64,000 nt of DNA from an uncultured delta proteobacterium. GTDB taxonomy: Bacteria; Myxococcota; Kuafuiibacteriia; Kuafuiibacteriales; Kuafuiibacteriaceae. Shown one piece after another: positions 1 to 10,524 of this stretch. The notes below the pieces were generated by a model, which did not search any database, was not told the origin of the DNA, and was given only the letters and a program-made list of their open reading frames with translations. The translations under genes and the position numbers were made by a program. The stretch is from assembly GCA_963803435.1 (NCBI GenBank), contig CAWDML010000001.1:1088001-1152000 (forward strand), given 5' to 3'. Positions within the stretch are counted from its first letter, which is position 1. Each line of letters starts with the position of its first letter.

Positions 1-740
1 GGCCCCGCGCACGCGCGATCGGCCGGCTCGTCGAGCGCACCGGGCTCGCGCTCTGCGGAATGATCACCGGCTCGCTGGCCGCCGACAACGCGGACGAGCA
101 CGCCGACATCGACTATCTGTTCATCTACCCCGCTGAGCGCACCTGGACCTCGTACGCGTCGATGCGGCTACTCGCCAAGGTGCCGATCGCGGGGCTCGAC
201 GATCTGTGCCCCAACTACGTGCTGCCGGCCGACCAGCTCGAGATCCGCCCCCAGAACCTCTTCACCGCCTGGGAGATCGCGAAAGCGATCCCGATGTTCG
301 GGTTCGACGTGTTCGAGCGCTTCGTGCAGGCCAACCGCTGGGTGAGCCGCTACCTCCCCAACGCGATCCCCTCCGTCGAGGCCGAGCTCGCCGGCTACGT
401 GCGTCCGCCGAGCCGAGAGGATCCCTCCCTGCTCCGTACGCTGACCGGCTCGACGCTCTTCCAGAAACTGGAGGGCATCGAAAGGAAGCGTAAGTTCAAC
501 CGCGATCGGCGCGACGTTGGCGTCGACATGCACGAACGCCAGCGCAAGGGGTCGCTCGATCGCCACTCTCCCACCCGCTCCTTCCACACCCTCTCCGAGC
601 TTCGCTACCGGATGGACCAGCTCGGCATCCAGGCCCACCCCGTGTACGCCGAGGTCGACGCCGCCACCTCCATGCTGGCCGACGAGATGACCCGCTGGGG
701 CCCGGATCGCATCGAAACGCGCGAAGTCGCCGCAGGTTGA
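1..740 (+). CDS. Pol-beta-superfamily nucleotidyltransferase-like protein (5' end outside window)
   Basis: GS...DxD motif (ITGSLAADNADEHADIDYLFI); later CPNY and NLFTAWEIA motifs; frame open to the window edge. Confidence 0.6.
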   Translation, partial: PRARAIGRLVERTGLALCGMITGSLAADNADEHADIDYLFIYPAERTWTSYASMRLLAKVPIAGLDDLCPNYVLPADQLEIRPQNLFTAWEIAKAIPMFGFDVFERFVQANRWVSRYLPNAIPSVEAELAGYVRPPSREDPSLLRTLTGSTLFQKLEGIERKRKFNRDRRDVGVDMHERQRKGSLDRHSPTRSFHTLSELRYRMDQLGIQAHPVYAEVDAATSMLADEMTRWGPDRIETREVAAG

Positions 741-798
741 GCGGTCAAACGCCCGCAAGGCTTTGCCGCGGCGGGCCGCGACGTTACGCTCCCCGCTG

Positions 799-2034
799 AT
801 GGACGTCGATCTCCAGGACGAAGCCCTCGACCGGCGACTCCGGAAGCGCCCACCCGACGCCGCCCGGACCTGGCTGTGGACCACCGCCGCGTTCGCCCTG
901 CTGGGCGGTCTGTTCGCCGGCGTGTCGACGTCCGACTTCATCTCGCACCTGGATCGGCAAGTTCACGCCATCCACTGCTCGTTCATCCCGGGCGCGGGAT
1001 CACAGCTCGGCGACAGCGGCTGCCGCACCGTCATGATGAGCCCGTACAGCTCGCTGTTCCGGGACTCGATCTGGGGCGGTCTGCCGATCAGCCTGCTGGC
1101 GCTGGCCGTCTTCGCCTACCTGTTGTATCGCGCCGCCGACTTCGCGCTCCGCGACCGGATCACCCGCCACGAGACCTCGTTCCTGGTGGCGGCCACGCTG
1201 CTGCCGGTGCTGATGAGCGTGATCTACGGCTACATCTCGGTCAACAAGATCGGCTCGGTCTGCAAGCTGTGTATGGGCATCTATGCCTCGTCGGCCGCGG
1301 TGCTCTGCTCGGCGCTGCTGGCGCACGCGCGTGCCGCGCCGAAGGACCTCCGCTCCGATAGCGGCGTGTACGCGCGATGGTTCGCCGAGGGCGTGGGTTA
1401 CGTCGTGGTGCTGGCAGTCGCGTTCGTGATGTTCGCGCCGTCGTCGGACAAGACGCTCAAGGGCTGCGGGACGCTGGTCCAGAAAACCGACCCCAGCAAG
1501 ATCATGCTCCCGCTCGGGGGGTCGCCCGGCGGGACTCCGGCGATCGCGGTGATCGATCCGCTCTGCCCCGCGTGCAAGGCGTTCGATCGACGGCTGGAGG
1601 CGAGCGGCCTCATGCGCAAGCTCGATCTGTCGGCCGTCCTCTTCCCGCTCGACGCCAAGTGCAACTGGATGGTGAAGGAGTCGATCCATCCCGGCGCGTG
1701 CATGGTCAGCGAGGCGATGCTCTGCGACCCCAAGTCGGCGCGGCAGATCCTCAGCTGGGCGTTCGAGAATCAGGAGTCGCTGCGCGAGCAGGCCAAGGAC
1801 CACGAGCGCGAGGTCCGGGATCGCATCGCCGCCGCGTTTCCCAGCGTGCGGGGCTGCGTGGGTAGCGCGAACATCAAGAACAAGGTCAACAAGAGCCTGC
1901 GATGGGCGGTGAAGAACGCGCTGCCGGTGCTCACGCCGCAGCTGTTCATCGGCGACAAGCGCGTATGCGATGAAGACACCGATCTCGGGCTCGAATACAC
2001 CATCGCGAAGATGCTGGAAGGAGAACGCCGATGA
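799..2034 (+). CDS. VKOR-family membrane oxidoreductase fused to a DsbA/thioredoxin-like domain
   Basis: Loop Cys pair (HCSF...GCRTVMMSPYS), TM helices, CKLC motif, then C-terminal DPLCPAC...LFPL...TP (thioredoxin fold). Confidence 0.8.
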   Translation: MDVDLQDEALDRRLRKRPPDAARTWLWTTAAFALLGGLFAGVSTSDFISHLDRQVHAIHCSFIPGAGSQLGDSGCRTVMMSPYSSLFRDSIWGGLPISLLALAVFAYLLYRAADFALRDRITRHETSFLVAATLLPVLMSVIYGYISVNKIGSVCKLCMGIYASSAAVLCSALLAHARAAPKDLRSDSGVYARWFAEGVGYVVVLAVAFVMFAPSSDKTLKGCGTLVQKTDPSKIMLPLGGSPGGTPAIAVIDPLCPACKAFDRRLEASGLMRKLDLSAVLFPLDAKCNWMVKESIHPGACMVSEAMLCDPKSARQILSWAFENQESLREQAKDHEREVRDRIAAAFPSVRGCVGSANIKNKVNKSLRWAVKNALPVLTPQLFIGDKRVCDEDTDLGLEYTIAKMLEGERR

Positions 2035-2714
2035 ACGGCGGTCGAAACACCTGGGTGCTGTTTTTCGCTTGCGTGCTGGTGCCTGCCATCCTGGTGACGA
2101 TCTGGCTCCGCCACGCCAACGCAGAGCTCAGCGTGGCGACCGGCGCGGCCGACGAGGTCGCGATCGCGAGCGCCGCCGAGGATCAGTACTGCTCACCCAC
2201 GCTCAAGAAAGTGCTCCGCCGGGTCGCCGGCGCCTGCGGTCTGATCGACGGCGGCGGGCGGGGCTGCAAGCCGGCCGACGCCAAGACGGTGGCCGCGCTC
2301 TCGGGCGACGACTTCAACACGCTGTTCGTGCCGCTCGCGCATCGCGCCAGCATCCTCCAGTTCGACGCGGAGCAGGTCGACCTCGACGAGAGCGCACGGA
2401 AGCTGATCGACCAGGCCTGGAGCGAGCAGCGCGGCGCCAGCTTCTTCTTCGTGGTCGCGCGCGCGAGCCCTGACGGGGACACGGCGTACAACCAGGAGCT
2501 GTCGCAGAAGAGGGCCGAGGCGGTGCTCAACCACCTGGAGCAGCAGTTCAACGATCCAGATCTGAAGGGCGAGGTCGGGCTCCTGTGGCTCGGCGAAGAG
2601 TACGCGCAGCTCGACGAGAGCTTCTGCAACTGGAAGCGGAGCCGCGAGGGCGAGTGCAGGAAAGCCGACATCAACCGGACCGCCTTCGTGGCCTGGATCG
2701 ACTGTGCGATCTGA
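2031..2714 (+). CDS. Membrane-anchored OmpA-like domain protein, Cys-rich
   Basis: N-terminal TM; ILQFD...ARASPDGDTAYNQELSQKRAEAV is an OmpA_C-like motif; ATGA overlap with the upstream gene. Confidence 0.7.
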   Translation: MNGGRNTWVLFFACVLVPAILVTIWLRHANAELSVATGAADEVAIASAAEDQYCSPTLKKVLRRVAGACGLIDGGGRGCKPADAKTVAALSGDDFNTLFVPLAHRASILQFDAEQVDLDESARKLIDQAWSEQRGASFFFVVARASPDGDTAYNQELSQKRAEAVLNHLEQQFNDPDLKGEVGLLWLGEEYAQLDESFCNWKRSREGECRKADINRTAFVAWIDCAI

Positions 2715-3300
2715 GTTGTTGGCGCTCGTCGTGTGCATCCTCACCGGCTGTCCCGAGGATCAAAACGAAGGACCCGCGCCGCGTCGCTTCGAGGCGGTGA
2801 AGCGCTCCGAGCGTGCGGACAAGGCCTCGACGATCTTTTGCGAGAAGGCCTATTCGGCAGGCGATCGGCCCTGGGTGTCGCCGCCGGAGCAGCCGGTCCC
2901 TGGCGAGAAGAGCGCCTCCGCGGAGGGCGGCTGGCGCTGGATCAACTTCTGGGCCTCCTGGTGCGGACCCTGCCTGGAAGAGATGCCGTTGCTGAAAACG
3001 TGGAAGCAAACCTTCGATCGGGACGGCGTCCCGGTGTCCTTCGAGCTGTGGAGCATCGACGAGGATCGGGACGCCTTCGTCCAGGCGTTGGGTCAAAAGG
3101 ACCGTTTCCCGAGGGGACAGTTCCACTGGCTCCGGGGCCTCGACGATCTTCCCCTGGTCCTCGAGTCGCTGGGCGTCGAGCGCGACTCGGCCATCCCCAT
3201 CCACGCGCTGGTGGATCCCAGAGGGCATCTACGATGCGTCCGGGTCGGGGCTGTCGGCCCCAGCGATTACGGAACGATCAAGACCATCATCGGATCGTGA
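2704..3300 (+). CDS. TlpA/ResA-like thioredoxin lipoprotein
   Basis: Lipobox (ILTGC); INFWASWCGPCLEEMP motif. Confidence 0.85.
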   Translation: MRSELLALVVCILTGCPEDQNEGPAPRRFEAVKRSERADKASTIFCEKAYSAGDRPWVSPPEQPVPGEKSASAEGGWRWINFWASWCGPCLEEMPLLKTWKQTFDRDGVPVSFELWSIDEDRDAFVQALGQKDRFPRGQFHWLRGLDDLPLVLESLGVERDSAIPIHALVDPRGHLRCVRVGAVGPSDYGTIKTIIGS

Positions 3301-3330
3301 GGTATTCTCTCCCGTCGAGGTCGGACGGTC

Positions 3331-4845
3331 GTGGTGGAGCAGGATTCGTTCGAAGCGCTCAGCGAGGCGGCGGAGCAGAATCCAGAGGACCCCTGGTCTT
3401 GGCTGAAGCTGGCACGAGCCTTCCTGCAATCCGGCGGCCTCTCGATCGCCCGCCACGTCATCGAGCGCGCCGAGGCCTGCGCGGATCAGGACGCTCGCGT
3501 GTGGCGGGAGCTCGGCGACATCTACGAGTCCTGCCGCGACGACGACGCGGCCCTCACCGCCTACGTGAAGGCGGCCAAGCTCGAGCCCGGCACCAGCGAC
3601 GCGTCGATCGGGCTCATCCTCCTCCGGATGAACCGGCCGGCCCAGGCGGAGGCCGCGCTGCGATCGGCGATGGAGCGAGGGTACGGCTCCCCCGCGGTCG
3701 CGCTCGGGCTGGCCCGCGCGCTGGTGGAGCAGGGGCGCTTCAAGGATGCGAGGCAGGTCCTCGATCGCGCGACCCCCGCAGACGATCCCGAACATCTCGG
3801 GCTCCTCGCCTCGATCTCACGACAGCTCAAGGACGGCCCGGGCGAGCTCCGCACGCTCAGGCAGCTCCGGTCGGTCCGTCCGAGCGACGCACGGGTGGCG
3901 CTGGATCTGGCGCGCGCGCTGATCGAGGCGGGCGATGTACCCGGCGCGGAGCACGAGCTCGCGCACCTGGACGCCCACGCCGACATCCACCGGCAGGCCG
4001 GACGGTTGTTGATGCAGAGCCACGCACCGGTCGGCGCCGCGCATCACCTGGCGCGCGTGGTCGCGCAGTATCCCGACTCTGCGGAGGCGCACCGCGAGCT
4101 GGCCAGCGCCTATGAGGCCGGCGAGCGCTTTCCCGAGGCGGTGGCCGCGTTCGAGAAGAGCCTCGAGATCAGCGGTGGCCAACCCGCGGTCTTGTTCGCG
4201 ATGGGTCGATCGCTGGCGGCGCTCGGGCGTTACCGCGATGCGTCGACGGCGCTGGTGCGGGCGTCGGCCCTCGCGCCCGACGACGAGGCCATCCGGGCGG
4301 TGCTGACCCAGGTGCTCACCGCGCTCGACGGACGCTCTTCTCCGCCCCGCGGCATGAGCGCGTCGGGGCTCGACGGCGATCTCCAGCAGTTCTCGGTGCC
4401 CGAGCTGCTCGAGTTCCTGTCCCACCAGCACGCGACCGGGATCCTGGAGGTCAGCTCCCCGCGCGGCCACGCCCGCGTGCGCCTCCTCAGCGGCAAGGTC
4501 CTGCAGGCGAGCTGGCAGGGCGGCGAGACGCTGGCGGACGTTCTGACCACGCTCGGCTTGCTCGAGCCCAACACCTTCGAGCCCCGCGTGGAGGACAACG
4601 CGCTGGTGATCAAGCGGATCTCGGAGGAGAAGCTGCTCCCCGCGGAGGTCCTGCGGGCCGTGCTGGCGAGTCAGATCATCGACGGCCTGATCGAGATGAT
4701 CGGCCTACGCGACGGAAGAGCCACGTTCCAGAAGACGGCCGTGCCGCCCTATCCGATCGACACCGAGCTGCTGGTGGATCCGAGGTTCGCGCTCCTCGAG
4801 GCGATGCGCCGGATCGACGAGATCAACGCCCATATTCGTAGCTGA
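3331..4845 (+). CDS. TPR-repeat protein with C-terminal DUF4388-like domain
   Basis: Multiple TPR helices; GLDGDLQQFSVPELLEFL...TGILEV and LLEAMRRIDE motifs typical of DUF4388/PATAN-like domains. Confidence 0.75.
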   Translation: MVEQDSFEALSEAAEQNPEDPWSWLKLARAFLQSGGLSIARHVIERAEACADQDARVWRELGDIYESCRDDDAALTAYVKAAKLEPGTSDASIGLILLRMNRPAQAEAALRSAMERGYGSPAVALGLARALVEQGRFKDARQVLDRATPADDPEHLGLLASISRQLKDGPGELRTLRQLRSVRPSDARVALDLARALIEAGDVPGAEHELAHLDAHADIHRQAGRLLMQSHAPVGAAHHLARVVAQYPDSAEAHRELASAYEAGERFPEAVAAFEKSLEISGGQPAVLFAMGRSLAALGRYRDASTALVRASALAPDDEAIRAVLTQVLTALDGRSSPPRGMSASGLDGDLQQFSVPELLEFLSHQHATGILEVSSPRGHARVRLLSGKVLQASWQGGETLADVLTTLGLLEPNTFEPRVEDNALVIKRISEEKLLPAEVLRAVLASQIIDGLIEMIGLRDGRATFQKTAVPPYPIDTELLVDPRFALLEAMRRIDEINAHIRS

Positions 4846-6919
4846 GGCGGAGCATCACCTGCCGGCCGCCTCCCTGCCACGGCGAGTGGCCGCCGCGGTA
4901 GGCCTGCGGGAAGAGCTCGACGTTGTCCAGGAGATCGTGCGCGATCAGGGAGACATCGAAGCCTTCGACGCCGGCGTTCATATACATGATCGCCGCACCC
5001 AGGATCACCTCCGGCTTCAACTTCTCCGGCATGTCCTCCTCGCCCAGGATCGCCCATCGATCGAACGCACAGCTGATGCTGGGCGTGACGAATAGGTCGT
5101 CGATCACCTCGAAGCTGGCGCGCGCCAGGAGCCTGTGCCGGGGCGCGCCCAGGAGCGACTTCGTCCCCGGGACCACGTAGTCTTCGATGGGCGTACCGAG
5201 CGCTTGGTAGTAGCCGTACGCCGCCACCACGTTGCCGAACCCGAAGACCCAGCGACCCTCGAACTCCCCGCCGATGGTCGAGCTGCGCCCGCGGTTGAAG
5301 TACGACTCTCCCAGCTCGTCGTCGTAGATGTAGATGACTGGGTTGCTGATCGTGGTGATGAAGCCGTTGGCCGTGAAGCGCGGCCCGGACGGGATCTGAT
5401 AGCCCACCTCGGCCTCGAACACGGTCGTCCGCTCGGGCTTGATCTCGTTGTCCGGGTCGACCGTCTTCTCGAGGATTTTGTTCTGGAATCCGGGCATCCG
5501 GAAGGCCTGTGCCGCCAGGAGCTTCGCGTGGAGGCCGAAGTCGAAGACCTTGGTCAACGCGATCCGCGGCACCGCCGCCAGCCCGAACTCGCTGTGGATC
5601 TCGAGCCGTCCGCCCACGGTGAAGTTGACGAAGCGGTTGGGCCACGTGAACTCGCCGAACACCGCGCCGGTGATGAAGGCGAGGCGCGAGGTCTCGTTGC
5701 CGTCGTCGTCGACGTAGAGCTCGGTGGCGCGGGCCTCCGGATCGGTCTGGTTGACGACGGCGCGATCGTAGAAGGTCTCGACGCCCAGCACGATGTTGGC
5801 GGTGTCGAACGCGTCCCAGCTCAGGGAGACGTTGCCGAGGAGGCGGTGATAGGTCTGCTGGAAGAAGAGCGCCGTGTCGATCAGCTCCTGGCGACGATCC
5901 GGATCGTCGGGAATGGGCGTGTACCAGGGACGCTGCTGGCGATAGCTCAGCTTCGGGATGAGGCGGAGGCCGGGGAGGAGCTCGATGTTGCTGCTCAGCT
6001 CCGCGTAGAGACCGCTGTGGATGTAGTGGTACGTGAACTCGGTCGGGATGTCGAAGCCGTCCGGGCTGTCGAGGCGGTAGTGATCGTACATCACGCGGAG
6101 GCGCGTCGCTCCGTAGGCGACGGAGGCGTCGACCAGCGCGGGCAGGATCACGGTGCTGTTGCCGAGCTCGAGCACCGTGCCGTCGGAGGCCGTGTAGTCG
6201 CGATCGCTCCGCACGCTCCGGCCGATGAAGCCGGAGACGCTCCACTCGAAGTCGCCAGCCACCGAGCCGGCCTCCAGCGTGAGGTCGCCGTATCCCAGCT
6301 TGTCGTTGCCGGAGTAGAAGCGCTCGGGGGCGCCGTACTTGAGCGAGGCGCGAGCGCCGCGGAGCGTATCACCGCTGCGGGTGATGACCTTGACGACGCC
6401 CAGCTCCGCATTGCCGCCGTAGATCGCGGATCCGGGGCCGCGAATGATCTCGACGCGCTCGATGTTCTCCACCGGGTAGTGGTGTCCGAGCTGTAGCGTC
6501 TGGAAGCCCAGCTCGTTGATCTCGTGGCCGTCGATGATCAGCAGGATCTTGCCCTCGTGGGCCCACTGACCGCGGATCCCGAGGCCGATGACCCCCTGGA
6601 CGTCCACCGAGAAGAAGAAGCCGGGGACCATCCGGAGCACGTCGATCAGATCGCGGGCGCCCGACGCCAGGATCTCGTCGCGGGTGACCACGGTGACGAT
6701 CCCGGGGGACTCGCGCAGCGTGGTGGCCCGGAAAGAGGCCACGGAGACCTCGAGCGACAGGAGGGTGTCGAGGTCCAGATCCTCGAAGCCGTCCGGCTTT
6801 CCGGCAGCCTGAGGCGTCTCGACGACGACCTCGTCGTGATCCTGGGCGAGCGCGAGTGAAGGTAGCCAAGTTGCAGCGCAGATCAAAGAGAGACAACGCC
6901 TCATGTGGTTGGGCCTCAC
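4823..6919 (-). CDS. TonB-dependent outer-membrane receptor
   Basis: Signal peptide; plug motifs (ESPGIVTVVTRDEI, IERVEIIRGPGSAIYG); IKPERT; C-terminal beta strand LRLSYEY. Confidence 0.9.
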   Translation of the reverse strand: MRPNHMRRCLSLICAATWLPSLALAQDHDEVVVETPQAAGKPDGFEDLDLDTLLSLEVSVASFRATTLRESPGIVTVVTRDEILASGARDLIDVLRMVPGFFFSVDVQGVIGLGIRGQWAHEGKILLIIDGHEINELGFQTLQLGHHYPVENIERVEIIRGPGSAIYGGNAELGVVKVITRSGDTLRGARASLKYGAPERFYSGNDKLGYGDLTLEAGSVAGDFEWSVSGFIGRSVRSDRDYTASDGTVLELGNSTVILPALVDASVAYGATRLRVMYDHYRLDSPDGFDIPTEFTYHYIHSGLYAELSSNIELLPGLRLIPKLSYRQQRPWYTPIPDDPDRRQELIDTALFFQQTYHRLLGNVSLSWDAFDTANIVLGVETFYDRAVVNQTDPEARATELYVDDDGNETSRLAFITGAVFGEFTWPNRFVNFTVGGRLEIHSEFGLAAVPRIALTKVFDFGLHAKLLAAQAFRMPGFQNKILEKTVDPDNEIKPERTTVFEAEVGYQIPSGPRFTANGFITTISNPVIYIYDDELGESYFNRGRSSTIGGEFEGRWVFGFGNVVAAYGYYQALGTPIEDYVVPGTKSLLGAPRHRLLARASFEVIDDLFVTPSISCAFDRWAILGEEDMPEKLKPEVILGAAIMYMNAGVEGFDVSLIAHDLLDNVELFPQAYRGGHSPWQGGGRQVMLRLSYEYGR

Positions 6920-7926
6920 TCGACAAGCTCGGTGACCGTAGCCAGGGCCGTCTCCTCGATCTCGAGGTGACGCCGCGCGAACTCGACGTCGAGCACGGTC
7001 TCGACCGAGAGCGGATACTCGAAGCTCTGGTCGGCGACACGCCAGCCTCGATCCGCCAGCGTCGAGATCAGCTGGCCGGTCTGCGTGCCGAGCGCGCGGT
7101 GATCCGGAAGCACCGCGAAGGTCCCGAAGTCGATCTTCTTGGACAGGAGCGTCTTCACGTTCACGACGATCGGCGTCGAGTTTCGGCGGAGTGCAGGCAG
7201 CCAGCCGCGGAGGATCAGATCGCGATCCAGGAGCGCGTTGTCGTTGAGGACCCAGATCGCGTCGACCCTCTCGGTCTCCCGCAGCCGATCGACGGCGTCA
7301 CGGATCTCGCGGCGCTGCTTGCCGGTGATCTCGGCGGCCACGATCTCGAAGCCCTCGGCCAAGCACAGGGAACGCTGCTCCTCGATGAACCCGCGGAACG
7401 AGGCCCGGTGGATCACGCCGATCCGACGGACGGGCTGCTTGAGGAGCGCGCGCAGGTTCACGAGCGAGGTGACCAGCGGGACCTCGTAGATGACGCCGGT
7501 GATGTTCTGGATCCCGGCGCTGCTCTCGCGCAGGAAAGAGGTCAGGACCGCGACGGCCGGGATCTTCTTCTGCTCGTCGCTGGCCGTCTGCTGAAAGCGC
7601 CGGTACACACGCAGGGTCGGGTTGTTCATCAGCACCACGGCGCGAGGCTTGACCTGCCGGAAGTGCTGCGTGACCTGGGCCGGCGTGGTGTCGTCCGAGA
7701 CGATCCGCGGGACCACGTCATAGTCGTCTCCCAGCTCGGCTTTGAGCCCCTCGAACGTGCTCACGGCGGCCGGCGAGTCCGGCATCAGCACCAGGATCGC
7801 GGGCACGTTCTGCCGCCGAGGAGCGTCGAGCAAGGCCGGTGCGAGCTGGTTCGTGGGTGTGGTCGTGCACGACCCGAGCAGCGCCAGCGCGACTGCGGTG
7901 ATGATGACTCTCATTGCCCCGTCCAC
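6916..7926 (-). CDS. ABC substrate-binding-like (periplasmic binding fold) lipoprotein
   Basis: Lipobox LLGSC; TGV...VRRIGVI...VDAIWVLND...G.Q.G pattern of the ABC_sub_bind-like family. Confidence 0.65.
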   Translation of the reverse strand: MDGAMRVIITAVALALLGSCTTTPTNQLAPALLDAPRRQNVPAILVLMPDSPAAVSTFEGLKAELGDDYDVVPRIVSDDTTPAQVTQHFRQVKPRAVVLMNNPTLRVYRRFQQTASDEQKKIPAVAVLTSFLRESSAGIQNITGVIYEVPLVTSLVNLRALLKQPVRRIGVIHRASFRGFIEEQRSLCLAEGFEIVAAEITGKQRREIRDAVDRLRETERVDAIWVLNDNALLDRDLILRGWLPALRRNSTPIVVNVKTLLSKKIDFGTFAVLPDHRALGTQTGQLISTLADRGWRVADQSFEYPLSVETVLDVEFARRHLEIEETALATVTELVE

Positions 7927-9366
7927 CTCCCTACGCCCAGGTTCTCTTTCGCCTCGGCCCCCAGGGCGAGGACCGCGCGCTCGATCGCCTGTCGCCGCCC
8001 GCCGGCGATGAAGGCGACCGCCACCGGATCGCCCTTGGCCTCGATCGAAAGCGTGTAAAGCTTCTGCTCGGTTCGGTGCTCGAGCGTCTTGAAGTCCTTC
8101 TCCCGGACCAGGACCGCGTCGACCATCTTGAACTGCAGGAGCGGTAGCAGATCCTCGACCTTGCCGACGCGGCGGAGCTTGGGCGGCGCCGAGGCCCCCA
8201 CCAGATCCGCGACGAAGCTGGTGGTCTGCTTGCGACCGAGCTCGTCGACGACCCCCAGCGTCATGGCGGGGAGGCGGGCGCGCTGGACCTCGCCCTGGAG
8301 CGAGGCGGCCAGGAAGGTACCCTCCGCCTGCGCGCCCACACCCCGGAGCCCCGGCGTGAGGCCGTGATCGCGCAGCACCGCCGGCGAGGCGATGACCGCG
8401 TCCGTCCCGTTCTTCTGGATCGCATCGGAGAGGTCGCTCGATCGGGCCACGACGTGGACCTCGACCCCGTTCATTCCACGCCGGAGCGCGGCCTCGAGCG
8501 CGCCGCCGTTTCGGCTCGGCAGGTACACCACGACCCTCGGCTGGCCGGAGGAGGGCGGCGGCGGCGTGACCGTGCGCGCGGCTGCCGGCGTGGCGGCCCG
8601 ATCGCGGTCGATGAGCTCCACCAGGTCGAGCTTGTCGTCCTGCGAGATCGCGCGATCGACCACTGCCTTGGGCGCGGGCTCGGGCGGTTGCGCGGTGGAG
8701 AAGTCCTCCTGGATCGCGACGACCGCGCCCGGCGCCGCGCTGACCTTTCGATCGAGGAGCACGTCCTGGCCGCGACGGATCACCACACGAACCGTCCCAG
8801 GGTCGACCTCCACGCGGGCCGGGGTCATCTCCGCGGGGCGACCGTCGATCTCGAGGAGCAGCTTGTCGGGCGTCGTGGTCACCAGCAGCAGCGCCTTCTG
8901 GGCCTCGGCCGGGCGCTCCTTGCGATCACGCCGGTTCCGCTGCGTCACGCGCCGGGACGAGGAGGACGGAGGAGGCGAGAAAGTGACCGGAGGCTCGCTG
9001 GGAGGCGGCTCCGGCGCCACGATGGCGGCCGCGACGGGCTTCTTGTCGGCCGCCTGCAGCTTCTTGGCGACCTCGAGCAACGTCGTCAAATCCGGATCGG
9101 AGGCGTCGAGCTTGATTGCGGCCTCGAAGCTGACGATGGCCTGGGCGTAGTTCCCGCTCCGTAGCGCGGCCACCCCCCGCTGCCTCTGCTCCTGCGCCAA
9201 CGTGTGGATCGAGTCCACCTCCGGCGGGGGGGCTGACCGCCGCCTCGGGCTCCGGCGGCGGCTTCTGATCGCGCGAGGTGTAGATGAAGTAGGCCACACC
9301 GTTCGCCACCGCGATCACGCCGGTGAAGATCAGCGCGTTGCGAAGCTGTGATGATCGGACGCTCAA
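7911..9366 (-). CDS. Membrane-anchored TPR + PEGA + periplasmic-binding-like protein (frameshift at G7 run ~9226-9232)
   Basis: The N-terminal TM of ORF 8926-9366 joins ORF 7911-9299 across a homopolymer; PEGA motif (LLVTTTPDKLLLEIDG...TPARVEVDPG). Confidence 0.6.
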
Positions 9367-9375
9367 GGTGTCACC

Positions 9376-10524
9376 TCATGAAAGGACGGCGAGCCAGAAC
9401 CAAGCGGTTGCGACGAGGGAGATGCCGACGATCGTCATCGCGACCCAGGGCATCGACGGCGGCGATGCGAGGGGCGCGTCGAAGTGGAGGTCCAGCGGCG
9501 GGTGTCCGACGTCGGTCTGGGACATCGAAGGCGGGGGAGCGGCTTGAGCTCGACGTCGCCGAGGAGCCGATCGTTCTTGTCGTCGGCGACGTGCATGCGA
9601 TCGCGAACGAGCCCGCCCAGCTTCTGCGGTCCGCGGGCCCAGCCCTTCGCCTCTGCGAGCGGCTCGAGATCGGCCAGGAGATCCGAGGCGCTCGCGTAGC
9701 GCTGCTCGCGGTTCTTCGCCAGCGCGCGGTCGACGATCTGGTCGAGCTCGCGCGGGATCTCCGGATTGATTCGAGGAGGGCTTGGGGACCTTGCTCGCCA
9801 GGACGGCCGCGACCGTCGAGGCCACGTCCGCCCGGCGGAAGAGCCGGCGCCCGGTCAAGAGCTCGTACGTCACCACGCCGAACGAGAAGAGGTCGGAGCG
9901 CGGATCCAGCGGCTGTCCCTTGAGCTGCTCCGGAGACATGTACGCATACTTGCCCTTGACGACCCCAGCCTCGGTCCCGCCCGGTGCTTCGAGGACCTTG
10001 ACCACGCCAAAGTCGGTCAGCTTCACCGCACCCGTCGTCGAGAGCAGGATGTTGCTGGGGCTGACGTCGCGATGGACGAGGTTGCTGTTCTGGCCCTCGA
10101 CGAAGAACCCGGAATGAACGTACTGAAGGGCCCTCGCGACGTTCGTCAGGATCTCGATTGCAGCTCCGAGCTCGACCGTTGCGCCACGCCTGGCGGCGTC
10201 GGCGATGAGACGCTGGAGGGGCAGTCCGTCGACCCACTCCATCGTGAGAAAGTACTCGCCGTCGACCTCTCCGAAGTCGAAGACCTGGACGATGTTCGGG
10301 TGGTTGAGGAGCGCCGCGACGCGGGCCTCGCGGATCAGCATGTCGCGGAACGACGGAAGCGAGGAGTATTCGGCCCGAATGCGCTTCACGGCGCACGGCT
10401 TCTCGAAGCCGCCGGGGCCGACGCTCGACGCCAGATAAACGGACGCCATTCCGCCCTCGGCGATCTTCTGTACGAGTCGATATTTTCCGAATATCTCGGG
10501 GGAGATGGACCCGCTCGCGTGCAT
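9376..10524 (-). CDS. Ser/Thr protein kinase with C-terminal TM (two compensating frameshifts ~9770 and ~9535)
   Basis: FGKY...GGMASVY, AVK, HRDVSPSN, DFG, GKYAYMSPE; the shifted frame gives INPEIPRELDQIVDRAL...RYASA. Confidence 0.9.
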   Translation of the reverse strand: MHASGSISPEIFGKYRLVQKIAEGGMASVYLASSVGPGGFEKPCAVKRIRAEYSSLPSFRDMLIREARVAALLNHPNIVQVFDFGEVDGEYFLTMEWVDGLPLQRLIADAARRGATVELGAAIEILTNVARALQYVHSGFFVEGQNSNLVHRDVSPSNILLSTTGAVKLTDFGVVKVLEAPGGTEAGVVKGKYAYMSPEQLKGQPLDPRSDLFSFGVVTYELLTGRRLFRRADVASTVAAVLASKVPKPSSNQSGDPARARPDRRPRAGEEPRAALRERLGSPGRSRAARRGEGLGPRTAEAGRARSRSHARRRRQERSAPRRRRAQAAPPPSMSQTDVGHPPLDLHFDAPLASPPSMPWVAMTIVGISLVATAWFWLAVLS

